From positions 44,945-108,944 of the forward strand of contig JBEQBC010000003.1 of the NCBI GenBank assembly GCA_041640035.1: a stretch of DNA of 64,000 nt, read 5' to 3'. The position numbers and the translations under genes are program-made. Below the pieces are notes generated by a model. It worked only from the letters and a program-made list of their open reading frames with translations, did no database searches and was not told the DNA's origin. Below, piece by piece: positions 10,284 to 20,340 of the stretch; position 1 is the first letter of the stretch, and each line of letters starts with the position of its first letter. The DNA comes from Candidatus Nanohaloarchaea archaeon. Lineage in GTDB: Archaea > Nanohalarchaeota > Nanosalinia > Nanosalinales > Nanosalinaceae.

Positions 10284-10748
10284 TTATTCCAGTTCCACTA
10301 CTTTGTCAGCTGCATTTCTCAGGGCTGTTGAGAATCCTGGCTCCATACCGATAATCACAGTTTCCTTCCCATGCTCCTTCGCCTTCTGTATAACTGGAAG
10401 AAAGTCTGTGTCTCTGGTTACAAGTACAATTATATCGATATCGTCGTTGAAAACTGCTTCCATGGCGTTTACTGCCATGTATACATCTACATCGCTTTCC
10501 TTGTCTTTCTCTCCGCCCAGACCGAGATCTGCTTCGAATCCCTGTGAAATGATGGCTTCAATTAGCTTATCGGATGCGTACTGGTTGAGAAATACTTTTC
10601 CTATCTTTATCTCTCCAAATTCTGATATCTCTTCTCTCAGGTTATCTAGATCTAGGTCGAACTCTCTTCTAACGACATTAGGACCGTCTACGAATGCTGC
10701 TACATTCGGCTCATTTGAGATTCCTTCTTTTATCCTGTTGAAAACCAT
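10284..10748 (-). CDS. NYN-domain protein (LabA/DUF88, TIGR00288-like)
   Basis: FVDGPN, DVDVYMAVNAME, TRDTDFLP, STALRNAAD; start uncertain (10748 or 10817). Confidence 0.88.
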   Translation of the reverse strand: MVFNRIKEGISNEPNVAAFVDGPNVVRREFDLDLDNLREEISEFGEIKIGKVFLNQYASDKLIEAIISQGFEADLGLGGEKDKESDVDVYMAVNAMEAVFNDDIDIIVLVTRDTDFLPVIQKAKEHGKETVIIGMEPGFSTALRNAADKVVELE

Positions 10749-10813
10749 AGATCTCTTCCACTTACTCCTATCTAAATAATTTGGACGATGCCTTGAAATA
10801 ATGTAGGTCCCGG

Positions 10814-11566
10814 TCACCGCTCAAGGTCAAAAAGTTCACGGCAGTTCCTCGTCGTAACCTCCTTAACCTTTGAAACCGGCACATTCTTGATCTCTGCTAC
10901 TTCTTCCGCGACTTCATCCACGGTTATAGGAGTGTTTCGTTCTCCCTGCTTCAGAAACGGTGAATCGGTCTCAAGAACAAGATTTTCCAGAGGAACAGTC
11001 TCAACAATACTTTGAACTCTGCTGGAGTAAACCACTTGATAGGTCACTCCGACAACCATGTCATCCTCAACAGCTTCTTCAACCTGAGAAACACTTCCGT
11101 TGAAACAGTGCAGGTAGCAGTCAATATCTCTACCTTTCAGCACTTCCAGAACTTGCTTTTCGGCGTTTCTGCTGTGAACAACGACCGGAAGATTAAGCTC
11201 CTCAGCAGTTTCCACCATTTCGATGAAAACCTTTTCTTGCTTCTCACGCATCTCTTCTTCCTCTACATGGTGGTAGTCCATTCCTATTTCACCGACGGCC
11301 CAGAAATTGTGCTTCTCTAACTGTTTCTTGACTTCTTCGACCTGGTCAAAAGCATCGGTATGAGTTGGATGTATTCCTGCAGTAGCATAGATAAAATCAG
11401 AATGATTTCCCTGTAGTGAAAGCGATTCCTGGTTTGTTTCTGGATCTCTTCCGGAGTTAACAACGAGTTCAAGTTCTTCACTGCATTTTTCGATGACTTC
11501 TTCTCTGTCTTCGTCGAAACTGTCGTAGTCTAGGTGGCAGTGGGCGTCCGCAGCCTTTTCGTTCAT
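10814..11566 (-). CDS. tatD: TatD-family deoxyribonuclease
   Basis: DAHCH, GIHP, GEIGMD, VVHSR, LHCF, LETDSP. Confidence 0.95.
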   Translation of the reverse strand: MNEKAADAHCHLDYDSFDEDREEVIEKCSEELELVVNSGRDPETNQESLSLQGNHSDFIYATAGIHPTHTDAFDQVEEVKKQLEKHNFWAVGEIGMDYHHVEEEEMREKQEKVFIEMVETAEELNLPVVVHSRNAEKQVLEVLKGRDIDCYLHCFNGSVSQVEEAVEDDMVVGVTYQVVYSSRVQSIVETVPLENLVLETDSPFLKQGERNTPITVDEVAEEVAEIKNVPVSKVKEVTTRNCRELFDLER

Positions 11567-12147
11567 CTTTTCTCCCTGTCCAGTCTTGCCTCGGTAGCTC
11601 CTTTCTGACCCATGTATTTGGAATCTTTTTTCTCTCCGTAAGGGTTCTCCGCTTCACTTGTCATGGTTTCGATTGCCATTTGGCAGATACGGTCTTCAGG
11701 GTATATCGTGATAGGTACATTTCCAAGGTTCTGGATCTCCAGTGTTATCTGGCCTCTGAAACCGGCGTCGACGAATCCTCCGGCTGCGTGAGGGATTAAT
11801 CCCATTCTTGCGTAGCTGCTTCGTCCTTCAATCCTTGCTACAAGGTCGTTCGGTATGTTCACAGTTTCCAGGGTTGTTCCCAGAACAAATTCTCCTGGAT
11901 GTACCACGATCCCTTCTTCTGGTGTTGCCTTCATATTTTCCTGCAGGTTGCTGTACTGGTCCATGTCTTTAGTATCGAGTGCCTGCACTTTTCGGGTTCT
12001 CAGAAGCCCGAACTCGTATCCTAGTCTGAGATCTATGGAAGAAGGACCAATCTGTAGGTCCTGATCTATTTCTGGTCCCTCGTCTACATATACCGCGTTT
12101 TCCTCCTCTATCACTTTTTTCAGATCCTTGTCTGAAAGTATAGCCAT
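11563..12147 (-). CDS. dcd: dCTP deaminase
   Basis: ILSD, PSSIDLRLG, EGRSSYARMG, VDAGFRGQITLE, RICQ, KYMGQ. Confidence 0.95.
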   Translation of the reverse strand: MAILSDKDLKKVIEEENAVYVDEGPEIDQDLQIGPSSIDLRLGYEFGLLRTRKVQALDTKDMDQYSNLQENMKATPEEGIVVHPGEFVLGTTLETVNIPNDLVARIEGRSSYARMGLIPHAAGGFVDAGFRGQITLEIQNLGNVPITIYPEDRICQMAIETMTSEAENPYGEKKDSKYMGQKGATEARLDREKR

Positions 12148-12209
12148 ATACAGAATACCTGTTCGTCGAAGTTTTTAATCTTCACAACCCATTTATTCAG
12201 TAAAGTTTC

Positions 12210-13706
12210 ATGAAAACCAAAATCTTACTTCTACTCAGTATACTGATGTTGCCTGCTGTGGCAGCACAGGTAAGCTATGATATAGAAACAGAGCCTGATA
12301 ACGCAAATATATCGGTAGAGGTGGTGTTGGACTGTGCTAGATTTAGATGTCCGGAACTTCAATGGGCAAAATCCTCTCACCACCAACTAGTTAATGTAAC
12401 TGACGCAGAAGGTATTATTGAAGATTATGAAGTAACTGATGAATATGTAGTAGTTGATGCTGGTTCTCCGATAAGAGGCCAAGAAAAGGTACTCAAATTG
12501 AACTTTCGGACGGATAAAGATGCTGAAGAAATATATAATGGTCTACATAGAAGAATAATATCTCTCTCAGGTTTTTCGAATGAGTCTATGCAAGGTAAAG
12601 TATACAGCGAAAATCTGGTATCTGGAGATATAGGCTATGGTTTTGAATCATCCTATGAGGACAGCAATTTTAATTTCACTGGCAAGGGACAAGTTAATAT
12701 CTATCTAAACTTCGGTTCGGGCCAGGAAACCGATCACTATATTTTCTTCGGTGAAGATCCCGGATTTGATACTGAAGAGGTATACGAAATCTCGGTCGGA
12801 ACTACAGGGCTTGTGCAGAGATATGAGAAGATACCTGTAGCTATCATGCCTTCAGAAAGGTATAACCGGACACAAACCAAGTGGAGTGCGGGGGAATACA
12901 GTTCTGGCTCAATCAGGCTCCGTGACACTGATGAAAGTTCTCTGAAGGCAACACTTGGCCGTGAAACCGTTCATGCCTTGAATGATGACTTACTTGACTG
13001 GGATGCAACTTCCTCCTCCTACATGGACGAAGGAACTTCCGAATTTGTGGGTTACCTTTTTGAGAGAAGGCAGGTTCCGGTTGATGAGAGAGATGGGAGC
13101 GTGAGGCAGCTTTTTGGCGAACCAGTGACTTTTGATGAGGATCCTACTGATAGGCATTATACCAAGATTTCTTCTAGAGGCAATATAGAGGAATTATGGA
13201 ACTACTATCAGAATGATTTAGATTATATGAAAACTTGGTCTCCGACTGATCAAGAACACAGAAGTTTTGGCTACGCCTACTCACAGCTTATAGTCAGGCA
13301 TAACTTGATTGAAAAGAATATTACTTTGCAGCAACTGTATGATTATCTTGAAGTGGATAGGGAGATCGAAAGCTCCGAGAAAAAATGGCAGGCTCTCTCA
13401 GAAAATCTGGATTTGACGCCGTGCAATTCTGAGAGCCGTGAAGAGTTCGATCAGTGTCTTGAGGAAGCGAACGACCATTCTAACTTTGAATCATTCAGAG
13501 CCGAACCTAACAGAGACCGTGGTAACCTGATAATCAATGAAACTGAGACGCCAGAGTACGACGAGAACAAGTTAAATTATGGCTCAGACAACAGGACGGT
13601 TACCGATGGTGTATCCGGCAGAGAATCCTTCGGCTCTTTCGTTAAAAGCATTCTGGACTTCACTACAGATCTGATAAATTCGCTGCTTCTCAATATCGGT
13701 AAGTGA
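12210..13706 (+). CDS. Secreted protein with degenerate gluzincin-like motif
   Basis: Signal peptide; RETVH followed about 18 residues later by DEG, matching HExxH...EG spacing with first His replaced. Confidence 0.55.
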   Translation: MKTKILLLLSILMLPAVAAQVSYDIETEPDNANISVEVVLDCARFRCPELQWAKSSHHQLVNVTDAEGIIEDYEVTDEYVVVDAGSPIRGQEKVLKLNFRTDKDAEEIYNGLHRRIISLSGFSNESMQGKVYSENLVSGDIGYGFESSYEDSNFNFTGKGQVNIYLNFGSGQETDHYIFFGEDPGFDTEEVYEISVGTTGLVQRYEKIPVAIMPSERYNRTQTKWSAGEYSSGSIRLRDTDESSLKATLGRETVHALNDDLLDWDATSSSYMDEGTSEFVGYLFERRQVPVDERDGSVRQLFGEPVTFDEDPTDRHYTKISSRGNIEELWNYYQNDLDYMKTWSPTDQEHRSFGYAYSQLIVRHNLIEKNITLQQLYDYLEVDREIESSEKKWQALSENLDLTPCNSESREEFDQCLEEANDHSNFESFRAEPNRDRGNLIINETETPEYDENKLNYGSDNRTVTDGVSGRESFGSFVKSILDFTTDLINSLLLNIGK

Positions 13707-13756
13707 AAGGCTATGTTTTGGAATCCTGTTAAATACCTGGAGTATCCAAGATTTGA

Positions 13757-14707
13757 ATGATGGATAGTAAGTACCGTGAATATCTTTCAGTATATCTGAA
13801 AGGTCTAGGAATGGGTACAGCCGACGCAATACCCGGTGTTTCTGGAGGAACGATTGCACTCATCACAGGCATCTATCAGCGACTGATACATGCGATATCA
13901 GCGATTGATGTTTACACAGGCCTGGACATGCTGAAAGCTCTAGGAAGCGGAGATAAAGATAATCTCAAACAGGAAATAGACGATATAGACGGCTACTTCC
14001 TCGTATCACTCGCCGCCGGTATCATGACGGCGCTCTTCTTCGTACTGAACCTGATGCATTACCTACTGGCAAACCACACAGTTATCACCTATGGATTCTT
14101 CTTCGGACTGATAGCAGCCTCAGCCATATTATTATTCAGCCAAGCACAGCTTCAAACACATAGAAGCCGTATAGCAGCTTTAACCGGTTTTTTGACAGCT
14201 TTCCTGCTCTCAGGTTATGGAGCTGCCACGCTTGGAAACAGCTTACCAGTCTTGTTTATTTCGGGCGCGGTTGCTGTCAGCGCGATGCTGCTTCCCGGTA
14301 TCTCCGGATCTCTTATCCTGGTTATTATGGGGCAGTATGATTTCATGACTTCTGCTCTCTCAGACTTCACTGATGCTGTGATAAGTATCGGAGACACAGG
14401 TCTTGATGGAGTTGCTGAATCAGCTCCTCCTATAGTAGTTTTTGTTTTTGGAGCAGTTGTAGGTGTGTTTTCAGTTGCTAATCTGGTTCAGAAAGCGCTT
14501 GATAATTATAGGCAGGCTACGATGGCGTTCCTTGTAAGTATGATTGTTGGAGCGCTTCGTGCACCGGTCGCAGAAGTAAATATCTTCCTTGCAGAACAAT
14601 CAACTACATGGATAACGGTACTTCCGTCCTTCGTGGGCTCAGCGATTTTCGGCGGCTTACTTGTCGGAGCGGTAAGTTTCTTTACTTCAGCGGATCCTAT
14701 ATCTTAG
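13757..14707 (+). CDS. DUF368 membrane protein (polyprenyl-phosphate translocase family)
   Basis: GMGTADAIPGVSGGTIA and AMLLPGISGS twin motifs. Confidence 0.93.
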   Translation: MMDSKYREYLSVYLKGLGMGTADAIPGVSGGTIALITGIYQRLIHAISAIDVYTGLDMLKALGSGDKDNLKQEIDDIDGYFLVSLAAGIMTALFFVLNLMHYLLANHTVITYGFFFGLIAASAILLFSQAQLQTHRSRIAALTGFLTAFLLSGYGAATLGNSLPVLFISGAVAVSAMLLPGISGSLILVIMGQYDFMTSALSDFTDAVISIGDTGLDGVAESAPPIVVFVFGAVVGVFSVANLVQKALDNYRQATMAFLVSMIVGALRAPVAEVNIFLAEQSTTWITVLPSFVGSAIFGGLLVGAVSFFTSADPIS

Positions 14708-15925
14708 GATGGCCGCGATTCCTCCCATGTTCATCAATCTCTGTCCTTCCTCATGATCTGTAGAAATTATCTCTAGCTCTGAGCTCATTTCCTCAGCTTT
14801 CTTACCCAGTACATCGACGATATCTCCCAGTTCTTCTAGAGACATGGATTCTCCGCATTCTGGGCATTCTATCTCGTCAGCTATGTCAGCTTCTTCCTCG
14901 TAAATTCGTTCCTCGTGGCCGTTTTCACATTCGTAGATTGCTTCGTACATGTTGACATCTTCGGATATCAGTACTGTGTCTACAGCTCCGATCTTCATTG
15001 CTTCATGGACCTGGTCTATACCGTACTCTGATTTGCCATTATCTGTTTTCAGGTTCTCATAGAACTTGTTAACGAGGTTGCGCTCCTTGACAACTTGGCT
15101 GTCTTCGATAGATTCTTCTGCTTTGTCGACTAGTCTTGAAAGTCCTGCTTCTCCGGATACATCCAGGGATTTCACATCGATAATTTCGTCCTGCAGTGCC
15201 TGGTGAAGGTGGTCGTCGTCAACAAGTTTGTCCTTCACGAATCCTGGTCCTCCTATTATCAGGCCTAGAAGGTTGCCTTCTCGTGCTTTCTTCATGAATG
15301 CGTTCTTTGCTTTCTCTGCTATTTCGTCAAGGAATGTCTTCAGCATCTCCTCTCTGAGACGGGAGAAACGCTGTGCTGACTGCCCTCCGGCCTTGGTCTT
15401 ACCAGGGACATTAGATTCAAGTGTGTAGACTGTCTTGATACTTGAACCCTGAAGATAACCAATCGCAGCCTCGTTCTTATCAGCAACAATCAGGCCGTAC
15501 ACACGGTCATCAACGACCATCTCTTTCAAGGGTTCGAGTACGAACTCTTTGTCGCACCTGTAGTGCCGGGATTCGATTGGCTGAGGTGGCTGTACCTCCC
15601 ATATCTGGATATCTGGTCGTCCTTCAGTATCTGAAACATTTCCTGCGAAGAAAGCTACTCCGTTCTCAGGTGTGGTCTGCTCTTCCTTCACTTTACGGCC
15701 GATTTTGCCCAGTGCGTCCTGAACATTGGTCCGTGTATGTTTGGACTTGATGTTCTCTGCCTCGGACTGTTCGCTTGTGATGAAGTCCGAGATCTTGGAC
15801 ATATCGTAACCGGCCGGGATGTAGAGTGAGACCAGTTCGGTGTTACGGCCTCTGATATCCTCGAGGTCGCTGATCAGTTTCTTCAATTGGTACTTGTTCA
15901 TTCCGTGGTTTTCGTCTTTGCTCAT
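14687..15925 (-). CDS. prf1: Peptide chain release factor aRF1
   Basis: TELVSLYIP, NIKS, YRCD, GGQS motifs; AAILRY terminus. Confidence 0.97.
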   Translation of the reverse strand: MSKDENHGMNKYQLKKLISDLEDIRGRNTELVSLYIPAGYDMSKISDFITSEQSEAENIKSKHTRTNVQDALGKIGRKVKEEQTTPENGVAFFAGNVSDTEGRPDIQIWEVQPPQPIESRHYRCDKEFVLEPLKEMVVDDRVYGLIVADKNEAAIGYLQGSSIKTVYTLESNVPGKTKAGGQSAQRFSRLREEMLKTFLDEIAEKAKNAFMKKAREGNLLGLIIGGPGFVKDKLVDDDHLHQALQDEIIDVKSLDVSGEAGLSRLVDKAEESIEDSQVVKERNLVNKFYENLKTDNGKSEYGIDQVHEAMKIGAVDTVLISEDVNMYEAIYECENGHEERIYEEEADIADEIECPECGESMSLEELGDIVDVLGKKAEEMSSELEIISTDHEEGQRLMNMGGIAAILRYRIR

Positions 15926-15951
15926 ATCTTTAGATGGCGAAGTGAATTCTT

Positions 15952-16695
15952 TTAACTCAAATCAATCCGTTGACGGGATACCTCAAGGTACTCTTCGTCG
16001 CTGCAGAATATCTCCATACACTTCGTACCCTCGAAATCCGACAGGAATTCCTCGAGCTGGTCAAAGTCTATTTCTCCAACTCCTATCGGAAGGTGAAGAT
16101 CCTCTCCTTCACGAGTATCCTGTAAATGAAGATGTGAGACCTGTTCTCCGTATTCTGCGATGAACATCTCTAGTTCTTCCTGTCCGACTTCAGCGAATCC
16201 GTGTCCGGTGTCCAGACACATTGAGAACTCTTCTTCTCGGCAGATCTCTCCCAGTTCCTGCAGTGTGATTCCGTGTATTGAGCCTACATTAACATTCTCG
16301 AAGCATATCTCAACTCCGTGTTTCTCGCCCAGGCTGTTTATCACCGTCATCTGGTTGACCAGTCCGTCGATCGATTCCTGTATATCTACAGTGTATCGGC
16401 AGTCGACATGGACAACTGCTTTATCAGCTTCAAGCTGTGAAGAGAACTCCAGCAGTCTGTCGAAGTAGTCAACAAGTGCTTCGTCCAGTTCTTCTACGCC
16501 GCTGTAAAGTGGCTGTCGGAAAGGAAGATGTACAATCAGGTCAAGACCTTTATCCTCCAGGTCCTGCCTGATCTGCTGTGCATCCAGTTCCTCTAAAGGT
16601 ACTTCGCCTTCTCCTAGCGACAGCTCCACGAAGTCGTATTTCTCGTCTATTTCCGGGATTCTGTCGGTGTTTGGTCCTATGGAGAGACCGATCAC
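15952..16695 (-). CDS. Sugar phosphate isomerase/epimerase (xylose isomerase-like TIM barrel)
   Basis: VHLPF, CFEN, CLDTGH, HLHLQD, DLHLPIGVG motifs. Confidence 0.85.
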   Translation of the reverse strand: MIGLSIGPNTDRIPEIDEKYDFVELSLGEGEVPLEELDAQQIRQDLEDKGLDLIVHLPFRQPLYSGVEELDEALVDYFDRLLEFSSQLEADKAVVHVDCRYTVDIQESIDGLVNQMTVINSLGEKHGVEICFENVNVGSIHGITLQELGEICREEEFSMCLDTGHGFAEVGQEELEMFIAEYGEQVSHLHLQDTREGEDLHLPIGVGEIDFDQLEEFLSDFEGTKCMEIFCSDEEYLEVSRQRIDLS

Positions 16696-19286
16696 TTGAT
16701 TACCACCAGTATATTCTCTGCTTCGATCATCTCTCCATGTCCGGTGTAAGTTCTTTCCTCTTCAACTTCGTACATCTCCGGCGCCAGGTGTTCGTCTGCT
16801 ACGACGAGTTTACCGGCGTCGATGCTGTACTCATTGTTCTCAAGTGCGTCTTCGATTTCTCCGACTTTGTCTCCGTACTTTGGACCGGCTTTGGAGTAGT
16901 CGAGGCTGATCTCGATAATCTTCTTCTCTGTTTCAGGTTCTCCTTCATGTGTCTCAAGGTTTTTGATATGCATGACTTCCTTGATTGCGTCCTCGAAACC
17001 TGCAATATCTCCATAGATGTGAACTTCTTCCAGTGTCTCGTTCAGACTCATCTGGTTACCAGTCTTGTATTTACGGAGTGCTGAAATTGCTTCCATAGCG
17101 TTCTCTCCTTTGACCGGATCCATCTCGACTTCAAGTGTTTCTGGCCATTCTTCTCTGTGAATGGTCTGGTTCTCGTACATTTCCTGCCAGATCTCCTCTG
17201 TTATGTGTGGCATGATTGGTGCGAACATCTTCAGGAAACTTTTGTGAGCTGCTCTCAGTGTATGTTCTGTCGAACGGTTCTCTTCATCGCTGAGTTTCTG
17301 TTTTGCGATTTCGAGGTAGTCGTCGCAGAAGGTGTTCCAGAACATGTCTCTTAGTTTGTCTCTGGCCTTTGAGAACTCGTATTCCTGGAAGTGTTCTGTG
17401 ACTTCTTCGACTGTTTCATCGAGTTCTGCCAGTATCCACTTGTCGACTGCATCTAGATCCTCTGTTTCGAGGTCGGCATGGTCCATAGCTGTCAGTTCAT
17501 CAACCAGCTTGGAGGCGTTCCACATCTTTCTCAAGAGTTTTTCTCCGGAGATGAGGTCTTTCTCGCTGAAGGCGAGGTCGTCTCCTACGCTGGTTCCTGC
17601 GCTCCAGTATCTTGCGGCGTCGACAGGGTAGTCTTTGATGACATTCTGTGGTAGGACGACATTTCCTCGGCTTTTGCTCATTTTCTCTCGGTTCTCGTCT
17701 AGAACCATTCCGTTGATGGCGACTTCGTCGAAAGGTACTTCTCCGGTGTGTTCAAGGCATTTGACGACTGTGTGGAAAAGCCAGAAGCTGATGATGTCGT
17801 GGCCCTGAGGTCTGAGGTTCATAGGGTAGAGCTCATCTTTCTCCATCTGGTACTCCTCTTCTTCCTCGTCCCAGTGCCATCCAGCGTTGATCAAAGGTGT
17901 CAGTGAGGAAGTTGCCCATGTATCGAATACATCCTCTTCTGCCTCGAAACCGGTTGATCCACATTCTGGGCATTCGTTGACCGGTGGTTCGTCTTCGATT
18001 GGGTCGACAGGTAGTTCTGTCTTGTCTGCGATGATTTCTTCCCCGCAGTCCTCGCAGTACCAGACTGGGAACGGTATTCCGCTGTCTCTCTGCCGGCTGA
18101 TGCACCAGTCCCATTCAAGGCCTTCGATCCAGTGCTCGTACCGTGTAAACATTTTCTCCGGATACCAGTCCAGGTCTTCTCCTGCTTCAAGATATTTATC
18201 CTTCTTGTCGAGCAGTTCGACATACCATTGTTCTTTGACTAGGAACTCGATGCCTGTGTCGCATCTTTCGTGGACTTTGACTGTGTGGTTGATTGCTCTG
18301 CGGTCGATGAGCTTGCCTTCTTCGTCGAGGTCGTCGACTATTTCTTCCCGTGCTTCTTCGGTTGATAGTCCTGAGTATTTGTCTGCTTTGTCTGTCATCT
18401 GTCCGGATTCGTCGATTGCGATCCTCAGGTCTAGGTCGTGTGCTTTGTACCATTCGATATCGGTTTCGTCTCCGAATGTGCAGCACATGACGACTCCTGT
18501 ACCTGTTTCTAGGTCTACTCGGTCGTCTTCGATTATCGGGACCTCGTAGTTGAATAATGGTACTTCTGCTTTCTCTCCAGCTAGGTGGTTGTTTGCTTCA
18601 TCGTCTGGGTGTACGAAGATTGCGACGCATGCTGGAAGTAGTTCTGGTCGTGTTGTTGAGATTATTATTGAGCCGTGTCCGGTGGCGAGGTCGAACTCGA
18701 TGTCGTTGAAGTGTGAGTCTTCGTCCATTCCTTCCATTTCTACTTGGCTGATAGCTGTTTCACATTCTGGGCACCAGATTGCCGGTGCTTTCTCCCGGTA
18801 CTCCAGGTCTTTCTCGTACAGGTCGATGAATGAGAGCTGTGAGACTTTTTGGACTCGTGGTTCTATGGTTTTGTATGTGTTGTTCCAGTCCATGGAGAAC
18901 GCGAACTTCCGCATAATTTCTTGGAAGTCATCTTCGTACTCTTGGCAGACTTCTCTGACTTTTTCTTGGAATTCTCTGCGGCTGAAGTCTTGGTGTCTGA
19001 TGTCAAGTTCTTTTTCTGTTAGTCTTTCGCTTGCGATGCCGTTGTTGTCGTATCCGAACGGGAAGAAGACATCTTTGCCCTGCATTCTCTGGAACCGTGC
19101 CTGGAAATCGGTCAATGTGTTTCCGTAGGTGTGTCCGAAATGCAGACTACCTGATACTGTTGGTGGAGGTGTATCTATGCTGAATACTTCTTTATCTTCG
19201 TCCTCCTGGTATGCGTGTGTCTGATTTTCCTGCCATTTGTGGCGCCATTTGTCTTCGATCTTGTCCGGTGTGTAGTCTCCTTCCAT
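16692..19286 (-). CDS. valS: Valyl-tRNA synthetase
   Basis: DTPPPTVSGSLHFGH, TTRPEL, DWCISRQR, KMSKS. Confidence 0.97.
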   Translation of the reverse strand: MEGDYTPDKIEDKWRHKWQENQTHAYQEDEDKEVFSIDTPPPTVSGSLHFGHTYGNTLTDFQARFQRMQGKDVFFPFGYDNNGIASERLTEKELDIRHQDFSRREFQEKVREVCQEYEDDFQEIMRKFAFSMDWNNTYKTIEPRVQKVSQLSFIDLYEKDLEYREKAPAIWCPECETAISQVEMEGMDEDSHFNDIEFDLATGHGSIIISTTRPELLPACVAIFVHPDDEANNHLAGEKAEVPLFNYEVPIIEDDRVDLETGTGVVMCCTFGDETDIEWYKAHDLDLRIAIDESGQMTDKADKYSGLSTEEAREEIVDDLDEEGKLIDRRAINHTVKVHERCDTGIEFLVKEQWYVELLDKKDKYLEAGEDLDWYPEKMFTRYEHWIEGLEWDWCISRQRDSGIPFPVWYCEDCGEEIIADKTELPVDPIEDEPPVNECPECGSTGFEAEEDVFDTWATSSLTPLINAGWHWDEEEEEYQMEKDELYPMNLRPQGHDIISFWLFHTVVKCLEHTGEVPFDEVAINGMVLDENREKMSKSRGNVVLPQNVIKDYPVDAARYWSAGTSVGDDLAFSEKDLISGEKLLRKMWNASKLVDELTAMDHADLETEDLDAVDKWILAELDETVEEVTEHFQEYEFSKARDKLRDMFWNTFCDDYLEIAKQKLSDEENRSTEHTLRAAHKSFLKMFAPIMPHITEEIWQEMYENQTIHREEWPETLEVEMDPVKGENAMEAISALRKYKTGNQMSLNETLEEVHIYGDIAGFEDAIKEVMHIKNLETHEGEPETEKKIIEISLDYSKAGPKYGDKVGEIEDALENNEYSIDAGKLVVADEHLAPEMYEVEEERTYTGHGEMIEAENILVVIK

Positions 19287-19413
19287 AGTGGTTTAACGGC
19301 CTCGTTTGAATGAATTGAGTTGCGGGTTAAACGGTTTTAACGCTTTAGAAAAACAGTTGCTGACTGTAGTTAGACAGTTCATAGTATAGATTAGAGAAGA
19401 AAACATAGAAATT

Positions 19414-19479
19414 CTAGATAGCAGCTGCTGGCAGTACAAAACATCCACCTTTCGCCTCAATGCCAGCAATCTTTCCCAT
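19414..19479 (-). other. Candidate small transcript: 21-codon leaderless ORF inside a hairpin
   Basis: TTTTAAAC box at 19502-19509, ATG at 19479 (MGKIAGIEAKGGCFVLPAAAI*), TGCTGGCA/TGCCAGCA inverted repeat, T-rich tract after stop. Confidence 0.35.
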
Positions 19480-19520
19480 AGGTGAGTTAGAGGGTTGAAC
19501 TGTTTAAAATATTGTGGCTA

Positions 19521-20300
19521 TCAGAAATCGGTCAGGCTTCGGTCCCCAGGGTACTTCATGCCGTCAGTTGCGAACACTACTTTCTGGTTGATCTCCTCTT
19601 CCAGCCACTCCTTCTGTTCATCTAGATCGGAGTCAAGGAACTTGTAGCCGAAATGCGTAATCACGACAGTTGATACCTCGGTATCCTCTACTATATCGGG
19701 TACATCCCCTAGATGGGTGTGTCCTTTCCATCCTTCGCCTTTCGGACGGGAGCAGTAGATGACCAGTGTATCACAATCATTGTAGAAATCTGTGAGTTCG
19801 TCCGAGTACTCTGTGTCTGTCCAGAAACCGATTTTCTGTTCGTCATCCTCAAGTGTGAAGCCGATGGTCTTGGGATCGGTGTGGAACATCTCCTGTGTCT
19901 CTATCTCCAGGTCTTTAAACTCGTAGCTGTCTCCTTCTTCCATCACTTTCACATCTCTGCAGAGATCGGTGTGGTACTTGGAGACGGCTTTATCCATATC
20001 GCTGTAGCCTTCCAAAGCGGTTTTGTTGCCGATAAGTGTTCCTGGGAAGTCGTTTATCTCGGTCATCTGTTCGATTACTGCGTTTACATCGTTGCTGTGG
20101 TCGATGTGCTTGTGTGAGACCAGTACCGCTTCTGTATCTTCCGGCTTTTCCAGTTCCTGGTTGCTGTAGACCAGTGCTCCGGGTCCTGGGTCTACATGTA
20201 GCTGTGTTTCTTCTGTTTTGACTACTATGCCGGCTGTTCTCCGTCTTTGTTCGCCGGTTACATATCTTCCTCCGCCGGTTCCCAGGAATTTCAGCTTCAT
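19521..20300 (-). CDS. MBL-fold metallo-hydrolase
   Basis: FLGTGGGR, VDPGPG, SHKHIDHSND, TDT, THFG. Confidence 0.9.
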   Translation of the reverse strand: MKLKFLGTGGGRYVTGEQRRRTAGIVVKTEETQLHVDPGPGALVYSNQELEKPEDTEAVLVSHKHIDHSNDVNAVIEQMTEINDFPGTLIGNKTALEGYSDMDKAVSKYHTDLCRDVKVMEEGDSYEFKDLEIETQEMFHTDPKTIGFTLEDDEQKIGFWTDTEYSDELTDFYNDCDTLVIYCSRPKGEGWKGHTHLGDVPDIVEDTEVSTVVITHFGYKFLDSDLDEQKEWLEEEINQKVVFATDGMKYPGDRSLTDF

Positions 20301-20340
20301 ACTTACCTAGTTCTGAAGATAATTTCAAAAAACTGTAGAA

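Noticed and set aside
14687-14707. Convergent 3' overlaps (also 31167-31184, 35483-35511, 63024-63031)
   Set aside because: Short tail-to-tail overlaps are expected in a streamlined genome.
19440-19465. T-box riboswitch upstream of valS (AAAGGUGGA)
   Set aside because: No stem I/specifier loop or antiterminator geometry; UGGA does not match the ACCA end expected for tRNA-Val.
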